From: Saprospiraceae bacterium
GTDB lineage: Bacteria > Bacteroidota > Bacteroidia > Chitinophagales > Saprospiraceae
DNA: 64,000 nt
Assembly: GCA_031417835.1 (NCBI GenBank)
Contig: JANOWJ010000138.1
Coordinates: 58,129 to 122,128 of the forward strand
Direction of reading: 5' to 3'
Positions 38,777 to 48,406 of this stretch are shown here, in pieces. The notes under the pieces are model-generated. The model was not told the DNA's origin. It saw only the letters and a list, made by a program, of their open reading frames with translations, and ran no database searches. Positions within the stretch are counted from its first letter, which is position 1; each line of letters starts with the position of its first letter. The position numbers and the translations under genes are program-made.

Positions 38777-39533
38777 ATTTTTTAAAAAAGTCAGGACTTT
38801 CAGTTTTCATCCAATGATCCCAAAATGTAAAATACAAACCGAAATTGAATCGGAATTGGCTATGATGTAAAGCATGATGGGTAGCCCCGATCCACCATTT
38901 TCCGAACCAATGCTGATGACTGCCGGCAGGATAAATCTCATGATTCAAGTGGTTGATGACGCTTGTGATAGCCATGATCAATAGCAACACCACCAGGGAA
39001 ATAATGTGCATGGGGACTACATAGATGGCCAGGACTATAGGCAATGCCTGAAGCAGACTTTCTACCGGGTGAAAGGAAAAAGATGTCCATGCTGTAGTAG
39101 TCAGACTCTCATGATGGGTGCGATGTATCCATCGATAGATGCTCGGTCGATGCATCCAGCGGTGTAACCAATAATAATAGGTTTCATGAAAAATTAATAC
39201 CATCACAATACTCAGGATCAACCATAGCTTTGGATAAAGCGAGCTATCGAGGTATATCGATGTACCACCTGTCTGCCACGAATAGAAAACCATCGTGCCA
39301 ATCAAAGCAAATATGAAAGAAGTAACCAAAGAATATAAGATTTCTCGCCTGATCTGGCCTTGTTTACCAGGTATCTTGTTGAGCGTAATAGTCACCATGC
39401 GACTGGCATATCGACCATTGAATATGTAGTAAAACAAGCCGGCCAATACAAGATACCTCACAAATATAGCCAGTGTCAATATAAAAATGGTCAATAAGAT
39501 ATTGAGTATCAATCCTTGACTTAAATCGATCAT
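38736..39533 (-). CDS. Sterol desaturase / fatty acid hydroxylase superfamily membrane protein
   Basis: Three His boxes: HRWMH, HRTHH, HHALHH. Multi-TM, 265 aa. Confidence 0.8.
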   Translation of the reverse strand: MIDLSQGLILNILLTIFILTLAIFVRYLVLAGLFYYIFNGRYASRMVTITLNKIPGKQGQIRREILYSLVTSFIFALIGTMVFYSWQTGGTSIYLDSSLYPKLWLILSIVMVLIFHETYYYWLHRWMHRPSIYRWIHRTHHESLTTTAWTSFSFHPVESLLQALPIVLAIYVVPMHIISLVVLLLIMAITSVINHLNHEIYPAGSHQHWFGKWWIGATHHALHHSQFRFNFGLYFTFWDHWMKTESPDFFKKFEEKTTKDEANTK

Positions 39534-39702
39534 CTTTGAATGTTTAACCCTACTATTGCAAGTTGGTGTAAAAATCGGTTTTAATCTAATACAAAAAGCG
39601 ATTCGAACCTCATGATGTCCTAAATAATCAATTGTATTCTTTAAAAATAAATTTTGCCAGATTCAAATTGTGATATATATTTGATATCAAAATGATATTA
39701 AA

Positions 39703-40563
39703 ATGAAAAATGAATTTATTGTAAAGCCTTCCAGTGGCTATCTGATGATTGCTTTATTCCTCCTCCTTTTTGGCCTTGGTTTTATATTGCTCATAGGTTT
39801 CAACATGATCGGGCTGGGGCTTGCTTTAGTCCTGTTGCCCTGTCTAGCGATCTTACCGGGATTTTTATTGGTCAATCCGAATGATTCTAAAGTACTCTTA
39901 CTTTTTGGGGAGTATAAAGGCACGGTGAAAACTAATGGATTCTTTTGGGTCAATCCATTCATGGGTAAAAAAAGAATTTCACTACGGGCCAAAAACTTCG
40001 ACAGCGAACGCATCAAGGTGAATGACAAACTAGGGAATCCGATATTGATCAGTGGTATAGTCGTATGGCGGGTGAGTAATACCTTCAAAGCTGCTTTCGA
40101 AGTGACTGATTATGAAAGTTTTGTAAAAGTTCAATCCGAGTCAGCCCTCAGACAATTGGCGGGATCTTATGCTTATGACAATTTTGATGATGGCCAACAT
40201 GAGATCACATTAAGATCTGCCCATACAGAAGTCAACGAAGCATTAGAGTACCAACTCCGCGAACGGCTGCAAATGGCAGGACTTGAAGTCATCGAGGCCA
40301 GACTAGGCTACCTGGCATACGCTCCAGAGATAGCCAGTGCTATGTTGCGCAGACAACAAGCTGAGGCAGTGGTAGCTGCCAGAATGAAAATCGTGGAAGG
40401 AGCTGTTGGTATGGTGGAGCAAGCCCTCAAACAGCTTTCTGCTAAAAAAATTATAGATCTGGATGATGAGAAAAAAGCTGCAATGGTCAGCAATCTCATG
40501 GTCGTCTTGTGTAGTGATAAGGATGCGACACCAATTGTCAACACCGGGACATTGCATCAGTAA
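39703..40563 (+). CDS. SPFH/band-7 domain membrane protein
   Basis: N-terminal TM helices followed by an SPFH-like body and a coiled Ala/Gln-rich tail (RRQQAEAVVAARMKIVEGAV). Confidence 0.8.
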   Translation: MKNEFIVKPSSGYLMIALFLLLFGLGFILLIGFNMIGLGLALVLLPCLAILPGFLLVNPNDSKVLLLFGEYKGTVKTNGFFWVNPFMGKKRISLRAKNFDSERIKVNDKLGNPILISGIVVWRVSNTFKAAFEVTDYESFVKVQSESALRQLAGSYAYDNFDDGQHEITLRSAHTEVNEALEYQLRERLQMAGLEVIEARLGYLAYAPEIASAMLRRQQAEAVVAARMKIVEGAVGMVEQALKQLSAKKIIDLDDEKKAAMVSNLMVVLCSDKDATPIVNTGTLHQ

Positions 40564-40574
40564 CCCATCTCGGT

Positions 40575-40751
40575 ATGGAAAAAAAGAAGTTTGTGCTCAG
40601 GGTAGATGAGATGACTATGAAAGCACTCGAAAAATGGGCTTCCGATGAATTTCGAAGCTTAAATGGTCAGATCGAGTACCTTCTAAATAATGCATTAAAA
40701 CAAGCAGGTAGGCAACCTAAGAAAAAAGGTATTGAAAAAATGGATGATTAG
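40575..40751 (+). CDS. Small Arc/ribbon-helix-helix-like protein (58 aa); below the ORF-track size cutoff
   Basis: My translation: MEKKKFVLRVDEMTMKALEKWASDEFRSLNGQIEYLLNNALKQAGRQPKKKGIEKMDD. It has a beta-strand then two helices typical of Arc/MetJ. It starts 12 nt after the SPFH stop. Confidence 0.55.
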   Translation: MEKKKFVLRVDEMTMKALEKWASDEFRSLNGQIEYLLNNALKQAGRQPKKKGIEKMDD

Positions 40752-40787
40752 CAGCAATTTCTTTATTTAAATAATATTCATAGCGAA

Positions 40788-41279
40788 TTGAAAACGAAAA
40801 CGATTTTTCGACACGTAAGGGACATCATTTTTCTGCCTTTGTCCGTGCTCATACTAGTACCACTAGTGATATACCGGCATACACCGGATATTATACCGGA
40901 TTATTTATCCATAAAATTATTTTCTGGATTGATGTTTTTGTTCGGTGCGGTTTTATTCTGCTGGACTGTGGTCCTTTTTCAGTCCGTAGCTGAGGGTACA
41001 TTGGCTCCATGGACAGACAAAAAGAAATTGGTAGTGATCGGTCCGTACGCCCACTGTAGAAATCCAATGATCGCAGGCGTAGTATTGATATTGATCAGCG
41101 AATCTCTGTGGTTTAGATCGATGCCCATACTCCTTTGGGCCTCTGTTTTTTTTGTGATCAATACGTGTTTTTTTATCATCAGAGAGGAGCCGTTCCTCGA
41201 AAAAAAATTTGGCGATCAATATAGGAATTATAAACGCAACGTGCCTCGCTGGATTCCAAAGATGCATGCTAAAAATTAG
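40788..41279 (+). CDS. Isoprenylcysteine carboxyl methyltransferase (ICMT)/PEMT-like membrane methyltransferase; TTG start
   Basis: Multi-TM. C-terminal REEPFLEKKFGDQYRNYKRNVPRWIP is typical of the ICMT family. Confidence 0.7.
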   Translation: MKTKTIFRHVRDIIFLPLSVLILVPLVIYRHTPDIIPDYLSIKLFSGLMFLFGAVLFCWTVVLFQSVAEGTLAPWTDKKKLVVIGPYAHCRNPMIAGVVLILISESLWFRSMPILLWASVFFVINTCFFIIREEPFLEKKFGDQYRNYKRNVPRWIPKMHAKN

Positions 41280-41394
41280 GCTAAGAAGATGGTATAGCGT
41301 GAGACCTTAAAGCCTTGAGCTTAAACCGCACAAGACAGCACTTCGAACTCACTCTTGAATGGACCTTATGTATTAAATAAAACAACAGCTGATC

Positions 41395-42720
41395 TTAGTT
41401 CCGGGTTTTGAGTGTTTTCATTACATGATTACCCACATTTTTACCTTGAAGTGCGCCGTTAACTATAGCTGGCATGTAATGTATACCTCCATAAAATCTA
41501 CTGATACAAGCTTCTTCTGCTGCATTTCTTAAACTTGTAAAAGATCTTGGATAAAGGCCATATTCGACTTCGACACTATCTGTAAATGCGATAGTGTCGC
41601 CCATCAGTTGAGTTAAAATTTCTGCCGACGCACTGGATACTACGCTGTGTCCGCTAGGATATTCTGGGAATGGAGGAGTCTGCAATAATGGGATCCAATC
41701 TGGGTCTATATTTTCGTTGATATAAGTCTCGGGACGCACTGTATTGCTACGATATTTTTCATCCCAGCAAGAGATAAATCCGTCATAAAGCCCGATAGCA
41801 ACCAAAGCGTATGCTTCGGCGGTCTCCGAAAATGATTTATTTAGTTGTTTGCACAGGGTCCTTGTGATTCCGATCCAATGCCCACCGGGAGAGATTTTTT
41901 TAGTGGCAAACATCACATGTCCCTGTTGATGTACGATGAATGGGTTACAATCCCAAAACGAAGCGATATGCTCAAAGGTGCTGTCTTTTTTATTGACGAC
42001 CTCCATGACTTCTTTGGCCTCTTTATAAAATTGACTTTTTTTATCAATTGAATAAGGAGTAGGTGGTGCTGGTTTGAATTGTATAGCACTATCAAGGGTC
42101 AGGGGTCTTTGTTTATTCCAATGAGGTTCTATAGCATCCATATATGCTGGTGGAGTAGGCTTCCACCGCTCTGGATCAGAGGTGACTGAAAATTTGGGAA
42201 AAGTCCGGGACTGTTTGTAATTGTCCTTACCACTCCATCGCATGACGGCAGCACTGATGCTGTCACCATAGGCCATGGATCGTATTAAAACATCAGCAGG
42301 TACACCGATCTTTTTATATTGTTCCATCACGGATTTCTCGTATTCATTCATTTTGTCTTCTGAGAAAAGCAAGGTACGGCCTGTATTAATCACTGCTTTT
42401 ATACTCGCTATTGGATATGAATATTCCTTATCTGCCTCAGGTTTTGGCATTATAGGTAGGTCTTTGACCTGACCGGCTAGGGATCTAAATTTTGGATCCC
42501 CAGCAGCCATAGCCTCATAGCCTGCGATAGCACATCGGCTATAGATCCGACTGGCCACTGGAGGTGAAAATATATCGTAAACCATGATATCTGTGACGGC
42601 TTTGAGCCCTGCATGATATAAATTGGCATTGTCGACTTCGACTTGATAGTTTGGATTGGATTTTTTACAAGAAATAAAAATGGCCAGTACGAATGACAAT
42701 AGAATAATGATGCGCATCAA
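41395..42720 (-). CDS. PAP2-superfamily protein, vanadium-haloperoxidase/acid-phosphatase-like lipoprotein
   Basis: Leader ending FISCKKS. PAP2 motifs PEYPSGHSVV and SRFYGGIHY. Confidence 0.7.
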   Translation of the reverse strand: MMRIIILLSFVLAIFISCKKSNPNYQVEVDNANLYHAGLKAVTDIMVYDIFSPPVASRIYSRCAIAGYEAMAAGDPKFRSLAGQVKDLPIMPKPEADKEYSYPIASIKAVINTGRTLLFSEDKMNEYEKSVMEQYKKIGVPADVLIRSMAYGDSISAAVMRWSGKDNYKQSRTFPKFSVTSDPERWKPTPPAYMDAIEPHWNKQRPLTLDSAIQFKPAPPTPYSIDKKSQFYKEAKEVMEVVNKKDSTFEHIASFWDCNPFIVHQQGHVMFATKKISPGGHWIGITRTLCKQLNKSFSETAEAYALVAIGLYDGFISCWDEKYRSNTVRPETYINENIDPDWIPLLQTPPFPEYPSGHSVVSSASAEILTQLMGDTIAFTDSVEVEYGLYPRSFTSLRNAAEEACISRFYGGIHYMPAIVNGALQGKNVGNHVMKTLKTRN

Positions 42721-42989
42721 AAGGTTGCTGATTTATTACAAAGGTAATGTTTTTGGACTTTAAGATTGTACGGTTCATTTTAAAGGTGTGTGACAATTGA
42801 CTTAGCAATTCAGCCTGGCCAATGGCTCGCGGCTGAAGGAGACTAAAGCTGTATTACGTTAATATTGAGCGAGTTGGCTTCACAATGTAATCCTCCGAAG
42901 AAGTCAACGGTAAATCAAATAAATGCAATCCGGTTGACACCCATTTTAAAGCTTATCAACATTTGGTCAAGTTGGTTAAAGAAAGTTGA

Positions 42990-43832
42990 TTACCACTTCA
43001 GTTTCTTATAAAATTGGATATCATGCTCCAGGCTATCGTAAGCATCTTTCCCATATTCCTCTTGTTCGATAAAGAAGTATTTCATCCCAGACTTTTTGTA
43101 AGATTTTAAAAGGCCTATGATATCGAGTTGGCCTTTGCCAAATTCAGTACTTTTATTTTCCTTCAGATTCATATCCTTTAGATGCCATAAAGGGAATCTG
43201 CCCGGATATTTATTAAAATAATCAATTGGGTTTTTGCCGGCAGCGATGACCCAACCTAAGTCAAGCTCCATATGCATTAAACCCGGATCGGTATTTTGCA
43301 TCAAGACATCGTATAATACTGTCCCATTCTCCGACTCAAATTCGTATTCATGATTATGATATCCAAATTTTAGGCCTCGGGCTTTACATTGTTCCCCCGC
43401 TTTGTTAAAAGCATCAGCCACTTCTTTATAATTGTCGACCGTCTGACCTCGGGTAGTCATAGAGGCTACCATGATATATTCCTGGCCGGATTCTGCAGCT
43501 TGGTCTATGGTATTCAACCAATCCTTATCGATATGTACATGGCCACTGCGTAAAGTCATGCCCAAATCTTTACAAGTTTGGGCCATTTCTTTGGGTTTTA
43601 ATCCGGAAAAAAGTCCCTTGTTGCTGCGATAACTTTCGATTTGGTTATAACCCATTTTGGCAAGTTTGGCCAACGTACTTTTTGGATCTTGATTCATTTC
43701 TACCCGTACAGAGTACAGTTGTACCCCGATTTGTTTGCGTCGAGCAGGTATAACTAGTGAATCCATATCAAGCGATGGCAAAGCCAATGCAGCCAATGAA
43801 GACTGCAGGATAAAGTTTCTTCTGGAATTCAT
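42990..43832 (-). CDS. Xylose-isomerase-like TIM-barrel protein with Tat leader
   Basis: MNSRRNFILQSSLAALALPS leader, with GYHNHEYEF and ELDLGW motifs. 280 aa. Confidence 0.8.
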   Translation of the reverse strand: MNSRRNFILQSSLAALALPSLDMDSLVIPARRKQIGVQLYSVRVEMNQDPKSTLAKLAKMGYNQIESYRSNKGLFSGLKPKEMAQTCKDLGMTLRSGHVHIDKDWLNTIDQAAESGQEYIMVASMTTRGQTVDNYKEVADAFNKAGEQCKARGLKFGYHNHEYEFESENGTVLYDVLMQNTDPGLMHMELDLGWVIAAGKNPIDYFNKYPGRFPLWHLKDMNLKENKSTEFGKGQLDIIGLLKSYKKSGMKYFFIEQEEYGKDAYDSLEHDIQFYKKLKW

Positions 43833-44017
43833 ACAATTAAGTTTTGTTCAAATATAGGTACATCTTGGGTGCTCTGGCTTATTACATTATAGTCTATTCT
43901 TATCCGTTATTAATCGAAAATACAATGTAAAGAAGGGTAGACCAATGCTTAAATTTATAAAATTAAAGTAGGTTAATCTGCAAAATAACTGGATCTAATG
44001 GGCTTGTAAACACCAAA

Positions 44018-44467
44018 TCACCCTATGATTTGTCTTAAATGGTGTTGTTGATGTCCCCAGTAGTCTTCGATCAGAAAGGATAAAGTATGTAAACTAATTT
44101 CTCCCTTGCCCGTATCACAGGTCAGATCCAAAGTATTCACTGGTATCTGTTGTGCGATGTGATGATATTGAAGATTGAGCAGTCGCCATAAGTCTATGAT
44201 ATCGCGAGTAGACATCGTCTGATATTGATTGACTTCTACCCATTTATTTTGTTCGTAGATTATCTTATCATTGGGTTGATATTGGGTCACAATCAGACGG
44301 CGTATATTATTTTGTGCACTATCGATCAAATGCCCAAGAACTTCCTTTTTTGACCATTTTGTCGCATGCGGCTTATCTACCCACTCGATCTCAGGGATCA
44401 TATACAGTACAGTCAGAGTATCAGCGATAAAATCCGGAATAGAATTCTTGAGGGTATTGGTATACAT
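44018..44467 (-). CDS. DinB-family protein
   Basis: 149 aa four-helix pattern with His triad candidates (VLGHLIDSAQNN; GHQQHHLRQI). Confidence 0.75.
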   Translation of the reverse strand: MYTNTLKNSIPDFIADTLTVLYMIPEIEWVDKPHATKWSKKEVLGHLIDSAQNNIRRLIVTQYQPNDKIIYEQNKWVEVNQYQTMSTRDIIDLWRLLNLQYHHIAQQIPVNTLDLTCDTGKGEISLHTLSFLIEDYWGHQQHHLRQIIG

Positions 44468-44552
44468 ATATTCAAAATTTGTATTTATAATTAGATAGAT
44501 GGGTGTATTAAGAAATACATTTTATATGAGTAGCTATTTTATAAATGCTTGA

Positions 44553-45461
44553 TTATTCGTGTCGTTGTCCTTCTTTAATTTTAAATACATGGAGTACAGC
44601 AGGAAATAATGCATCGATCGTTTCTTTGGTGCCACCTGGTGAGCCCGGCATGGTGATGACCAATGCTTGGCCAATAAATCCAGCTACACCACGAGACAAC
44701 ATTGCCGTAGGCATACGCTGTTGGCCATATTGCCTCGCCGTTTCCACTATACCTTGGATTTCTCGATCTATCAAAGGTCGTAGTGCATCGGGTGTAATAT
44801 CTCTTGGGGATAAGCCGGTGCCACCTATGAATATGATCAGGTCATGACCAAGACTAAATTTTTTGGCGAGTGCTTGTATGGTATCAAAATCATCAGGTAT
44901 AAGTTGAGTGGATTTGATTTGTAGTCCCAGTTTTTCCAGTTTTGATATGGCCATCAGACCTGAAGCATCTTTAGCTTTACCTGAAGACACACTGTCTGAG
45001 CAGACTACGATAGCGGCTTTTAGATGTTGATACGATTCTTTTGTTTGATCAGTCTTGCCACCTTTTTTTGAAATCAATCGAATGTTTTTGATCTCCACCC
45101 CTTTATCGATAGGTTTGAGCATGTCGTATATAGTCAAGGCTGCCACCGAAGCACCGTGCATCGCCTCTACCTCTACACCAGTCTTGTAGATCGTGTGTAC
45201 CTCGACATGTATTTGTATTTCGAGACCATGTATTTCATGAGAAATTTTTGTATACTCGATGGGCAATGGATGACAATCAGGGATAAGGTCACTTGTTTTT
45301 TTTACTGCAAATAGTCCGGCTACTTTAGAAAATTCGAAAACATCTCCTTTAGGGATTGATTTGTTTTCAATAGCATCTATAGTTTCTTGTTTTGATACAG
45401 ATACTACAGCTGCGGCAACTGCTTTGCGAAGGGTATAAGTCTTATGCGTAATATCTACCAT
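44553..45461 (-). CDS. moaC: Bifunctional MoaC (cyclic pyranopterin monophosphate synthase) / MoaB-MogA-like domain protein
   Basis: N-half: KGDVFEFSKVAGLFAVKKTSDLIPDCHPL and GVEVEAMHGASVAALTIYDMLK. C-half: IFIGGTGLSPRDITPDA and ITMPGSPGG. Confidence 0.9.
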   Translation of the reverse strand: MVDITHKTYTLRKAVAAAVVSVSKQETIDAIENKSIPKGDVFEFSKVAGLFAVKKTSDLIPDCHPLPIEYTKISHEIHGLEIQIHVEVHTIYKTGVEVEAMHGASVAALTIYDMLKPIDKGVEIKNIRLISKKGGKTDQTKESYQHLKAAIVVCSDSVSSGKAKDASGLMAISKLEKLGLQIKSTQLIPDDFDTIQALAKKFSLGHDLIIFIGGTGLSPRDITPDALRPLIDREIQGIVETARQYGQQRMPTAMLSRGVAGFIGQALVITMPGSPGGTKETIDALFPAVLHVFKIKEGQRHE

Positions 45462-45499
45462 GTCTAAAATTACAATTTATGGTGCCAGCGACTTTTATG

Positions 45500-45949
45500 C
45501 TACACTTGATTTACTTTCCACACGTAGCTTTGATCTGAGAGCAATTCTTTACCCCATACGGGCAATTCTTTTTTGAGCCGCTCTACAGTCTCCTGACAGC
45601 CTTCGATAGCCGGTGCACGATGGACTGAAGAGGTAAATACGAATAATGAAATTTCACCGACGGCTACGACTCCGAGACTATGATAGATATGCATACAAGT
45701 CAAGTCATATTTTGCGAAGATGTCCTGGCGGATCTGATGCATTTTTTGTAAAGCCATTTCTTCATAGGCCGTATATTCAATGGCGGTGACTTCTCGACCA
45801 TCCTTGAGATCAGCTCGGACCTGACCTAAAAAGATACTATGTCCGCCAATGTTTTTTTTGGAAGCATGTGCGGCTATTTTTCCTCCGATGAAAGCCCCTG
45901 AGATTGGCCCTTGGATAAATATATTTCTAACCCGATGATCTGTAGACAT
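45500..45949 (-). CDS. moaE: Molybdopterin synthase catalytic subunit MoaE
   Basis: 149 aa. FLGQVRAD...IEYTAYEEMA and GEISLFVFTSSVHRAPA...LPVWGKE match the MoaE pattern. Confidence 0.85.
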   Translation of the reverse strand: MSTDHRVRNIFIQGPISGAFIGGKIAAHASKKNIGGHSIFLGQVRADLKDGREVTAIEYTAYEEMALQKMHQIRQDIFAKYDLTCMHIYHSLGVVAVGEISLFVFTSSVHRAPAIEGCQETVERLKKELPVWGKELLSDQSYVWKVNQV

Positions 45950-45963
45950 GGTAATTCGTTTTT

Positions 45964-46206
45964 TTAGCCTCCGGCGTAAGGTGGCAATAAGGCTAGAATA
46001 TGGTTTGCTGTAAACGCCGTGTTTTCATGAATGATTTCCTTATCGACTGCTAGCTGATATGGACTGTCTTGTAAACGAGGATAAATAAAGTTAAGATGCG
46101 CAATGACTGCGTCTGTATCGTAAAAGTCATTTAATATGAGCTGATTGACTAGTGTATATTCAGCAATTTGGCCAAAGAATAAAACTTTAATTTGATTGGA
46201 TGACAT
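45964..46206 (-). CDS. moaD: Molybdopterin synthase sulfur-carrier subunit MoaD
   Basis: 80 aa ubiquitin-like protein ending in the diagnostic Gly-Gly (PPYAGG), 14 nt upstream of moaE. Confidence 0.8.
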   Translation of the reverse strand: MSSNQIKVLFFGQIAEYTLVNQLILNDFYDTDAVIAHLNFIYPRLQDSPYQLAVDKEIIHENTAFTANHILALLPPYAGG

Positions 46207-46298
46207 CTAAAATCAAAGTTACTGAAAAAGCATGAACCCGTCTTGAGTTTTAGGTTTATTTAGGTGGTCAATGCATTGGTATCCACGACGGTCCGATG

Positions 46299-47033
46299 TT
46301 ACACTTTGAATAACAATTTTACTGCAGCGACGATCAGTACAGTAGCTAAAACGTAGCGTAAGACGCGCTGATCAAATTTTTTTGCCCCAAAATAGGCACC
46401 GGTCAATCCTCCAACAAATGCTATACAAGTCATGGTCAACATCGAGGAGCTTATATCTACTCCTTTGGATATTTGTCCTATCAAACCCGACAATGAATTG
46501 ACAAATATAAAGATAGCACATGCAGCAGCGGTTTGTTTTTGATCAGCCCAATGTAATATGATGAGGATCGGAGCCAGTAAAACTCCACCCCCTATGCCAA
46601 TAAGGCCTGATAAGAATCCAATGATCCCGCCGATCAATAAAGACCCCGGGATACTTTGAGGCTTCAGAGTAGTATCTCGCGATGGCCCAAAAAACAAAAA
46701 TCGGATAGCAGGGATTAACAGCAGAGTGCCTAATAATTGTTTATAGACATCATCACCTATTTGCACTCGGCCTCCAATAAAGGCTAATGGCACCGATGCG
46801 ATGAGAAAAGGCCATATTAATTGATATCTAAAGTGGCCGCTGCGGTAAAATTGAATAAAGGCAACTAATGACACGAATAGATTCAAAATCAAGGCGGTCG
46901 GCTTCATGACGCCTGGCGCAGTACCTGCAATGGCCATCAGAGCCAGATACCCACTCGCACCTCCGTGCCCTACACTCGCATATAAAAATGCAACTACATA
47001 TAAAAGGATATATAACCACCAGGTAAATTCCAT
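46299..47033 (-). CDS. TauE/SafE-family anion (sulfite-type) permease
   Basis: 244 aa with about 7-8 TM helices and internal duplication with Gly-rich helices (VGHGGASGYLALM; GLIGIGGGVLLAP). Confidence 0.8.
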   Translation of the reverse strand: MEFTWWLYILLYVVAFLYASVGHGGASGYLALMAIAGTAPGVMKPTALILNLFVSLVAFIQFYRSGHFRYQLIWPFLIASVPLAFIGGRVQIGDDVYKQLLGTLLLIPAIRFLFFGPSRDTTLKPQSIPGSLLIGGIIGFLSGLIGIGGGVLLAPILIILHWADQKQTAAACAIFIFVNSLSGLIGQISKGVDISSSMLTMTCIAFVGGLTGAYFGAKKFDQRVLRYVLATVLIVAAVKLLFKV

Positions 47034-47038
47034 AAGAG

Positions 47039-48220
47039 CTAAGGTAATATATGTACTTCTACATCCATGCCTTCAATCACCTCAGTCACCTCTTCGCCTA
47101 TGACGATCAAGGCATTAGCATGAGCAAAAGAGTTGAGTCGAAAAGATTCCTGCGCATCAAGTGGCTTGACATGGTGACCATCGTAGTAGGCCTTGAGAAA
47201 ATGGGTGATGCCTACCGGTTTTTTGTACGCAGCAGTTATAGGGGCATGTAAAATTTTGATGGCACTGACCTGACCCATCATTTTCATAAGCGCAGGTTCA
47301 AGATATTCATAAAAACAGGTCAATGCGGAAGCAGGATTGCCTGGTAACCCAAATACGAGTCGATGGTCTTTGACCCCGCAATACATCGGCTTGCCAGGCT
47401 TCTGTTTTATTTTATGATATAATGGCTCTACGCCACTTTCAAGGGCGGCTTGGGTCACGTAATCATAGTCTCCAACACTCACTCCACCAGTCAGCACGAT
47501 GACATCATATTGACTCAATGCATCCGTCAGTGCGAGCGTGAGTTGCTCAAGTTGGTCATGGATATGACTCACAGTGACCTCTTCTATACCAGCTTGTTTA
47601 AAAGCAGCTATCAGGGTATAGGAATTTGAATCATACACTTTACCATATTCGAGGTTTTGGCCTTGAGGCGTGAGTTCATCACCGGTCACTAGGATACACA
47701 TAGTAGGCGAACGGTACACTTCTACTTCTTCAACACCCATACTTGCTAAAAATCCGATAGCAGGAGGAGTCAAACGACTCCCTTTTGGCAATGCCAAACT
47801 ATGTGCCTGGATTTCAGCACCCTGGTGACGATAATTGGAACCAAGTTGCAAACTATTATCCATGATGAACAATTGGTCACTTTTGAGTTCAGTTTTTTCC
47901 TGCATCACTACGGTATCAGCTCCAGTGGGGATGGGTGCTCCAGTAAAAATTCTTACGGCTTCGCCTTCTTGTATTCGATAGGTAGATGTATCTCCTGCAG
48001 CTATTTTATGTTTTACTTCGAGGGATGAACAGGTGCTTAAATCATTAAATGCAAATGCATAGCCATCCATCGAAGATTGAGGAAAAGGTGGCAGGTCTAT
48101 CGGCGAAAATATATCCATCGTCGTGATATGACCCACGGCACTTAATAAGGGTTTGCAGATGGCTGACAGCGGAGTGGTATGATCTAGTATGATTTGTTTG
48201 GCCTGATCTACGGAAATCAT
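47039..48220 (-). CDS. moeA: Molybdopterin molybdenumtransferase MoeA
   Basis: 393 aa. SSMDGYAF, TGAPIPTGADTVVMQE, VLTGGVSVGDYDYV and GLPGNPASAL motifs. Confidence 0.9.
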   Translation of the reverse strand: MISVDQAKQIILDHTTPLSAICKPLLSAVGHITTMDIFSPIDLPPFPQSSMDGYAFAFNDLSTCSSLEVKHKIAAGDTSTYRIQEGEAVRIFTGAPIPTGADTVVMQEKTELKSDQLFIMDNSLQLGSNYRHQGAEIQAHSLALPKGSRLTPPAIGFLASMGVEEVEVYRSPTMCILVTGDELTPQGQNLEYGKVYDSNSYTLIAAFKQAGIEEVTVSHIHDQLEQLTLALTDALSQYDVIVLTGGVSVGDYDYVTQAALESGVEPLYHKIKQKPGKPMYCGVKDHRLVFGLPGNPASALTCFYEYLEPALMKMMGQVSAIKILHAPITAAYKKPVGITHFLKAYYDGHHVKPLDAQESFRLNSFAHANALIVIGEEVTEVIEGMDVEVHILP

Positions 48221-48406
48221 TTTAAGTTCTTATTTTCTATTTGAGTCAAATCTGCATAAATGTGAGCTTTGTTTTTCCAATGCCTATGGAATCAATCGTC
48301 GTCAGCTTTTATGTAGTCAAAAATACGATTTAAGGGCTTTTCGCTGCGTAAGATTCGCAAAAGCTAGTAAAGTTGAGCTAAACTAAGTGGACCATACACG
48401 ATTTTA

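Noticed and set aside
42721-42989. Possible Moco riboswitch or other structured RNA in the 269-nt gap near the Moco genes. The gap contains CCTCCGAAG, AAGGAG and small hairpins.
   Set aside because: I cannot reproduce the Moco-motif consensus from memory well enough. The strings are on the plus strand, where no gene follows, and the flanking minus-strand genes are not Moco-related. A covariance-model scan (Rfam Moco_RNA_motif) of 42721-42989 and 48221-48406 would settle it.
44545-44847. 100-aa plus-strand ORF overlapping the 3' end of moaC/B. Also considered were the 170-aa minus-strand ORF 52161-52673 inside the Tat-Gfo gene and the 94-aa ORF 61047-61331.
   Set aside because: The first two are antisense to strongly supported genes. 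The third spans an intergenic gap, has no motifs, and overlaps the extended, probably false, 5' end of the beta-helix ORF.
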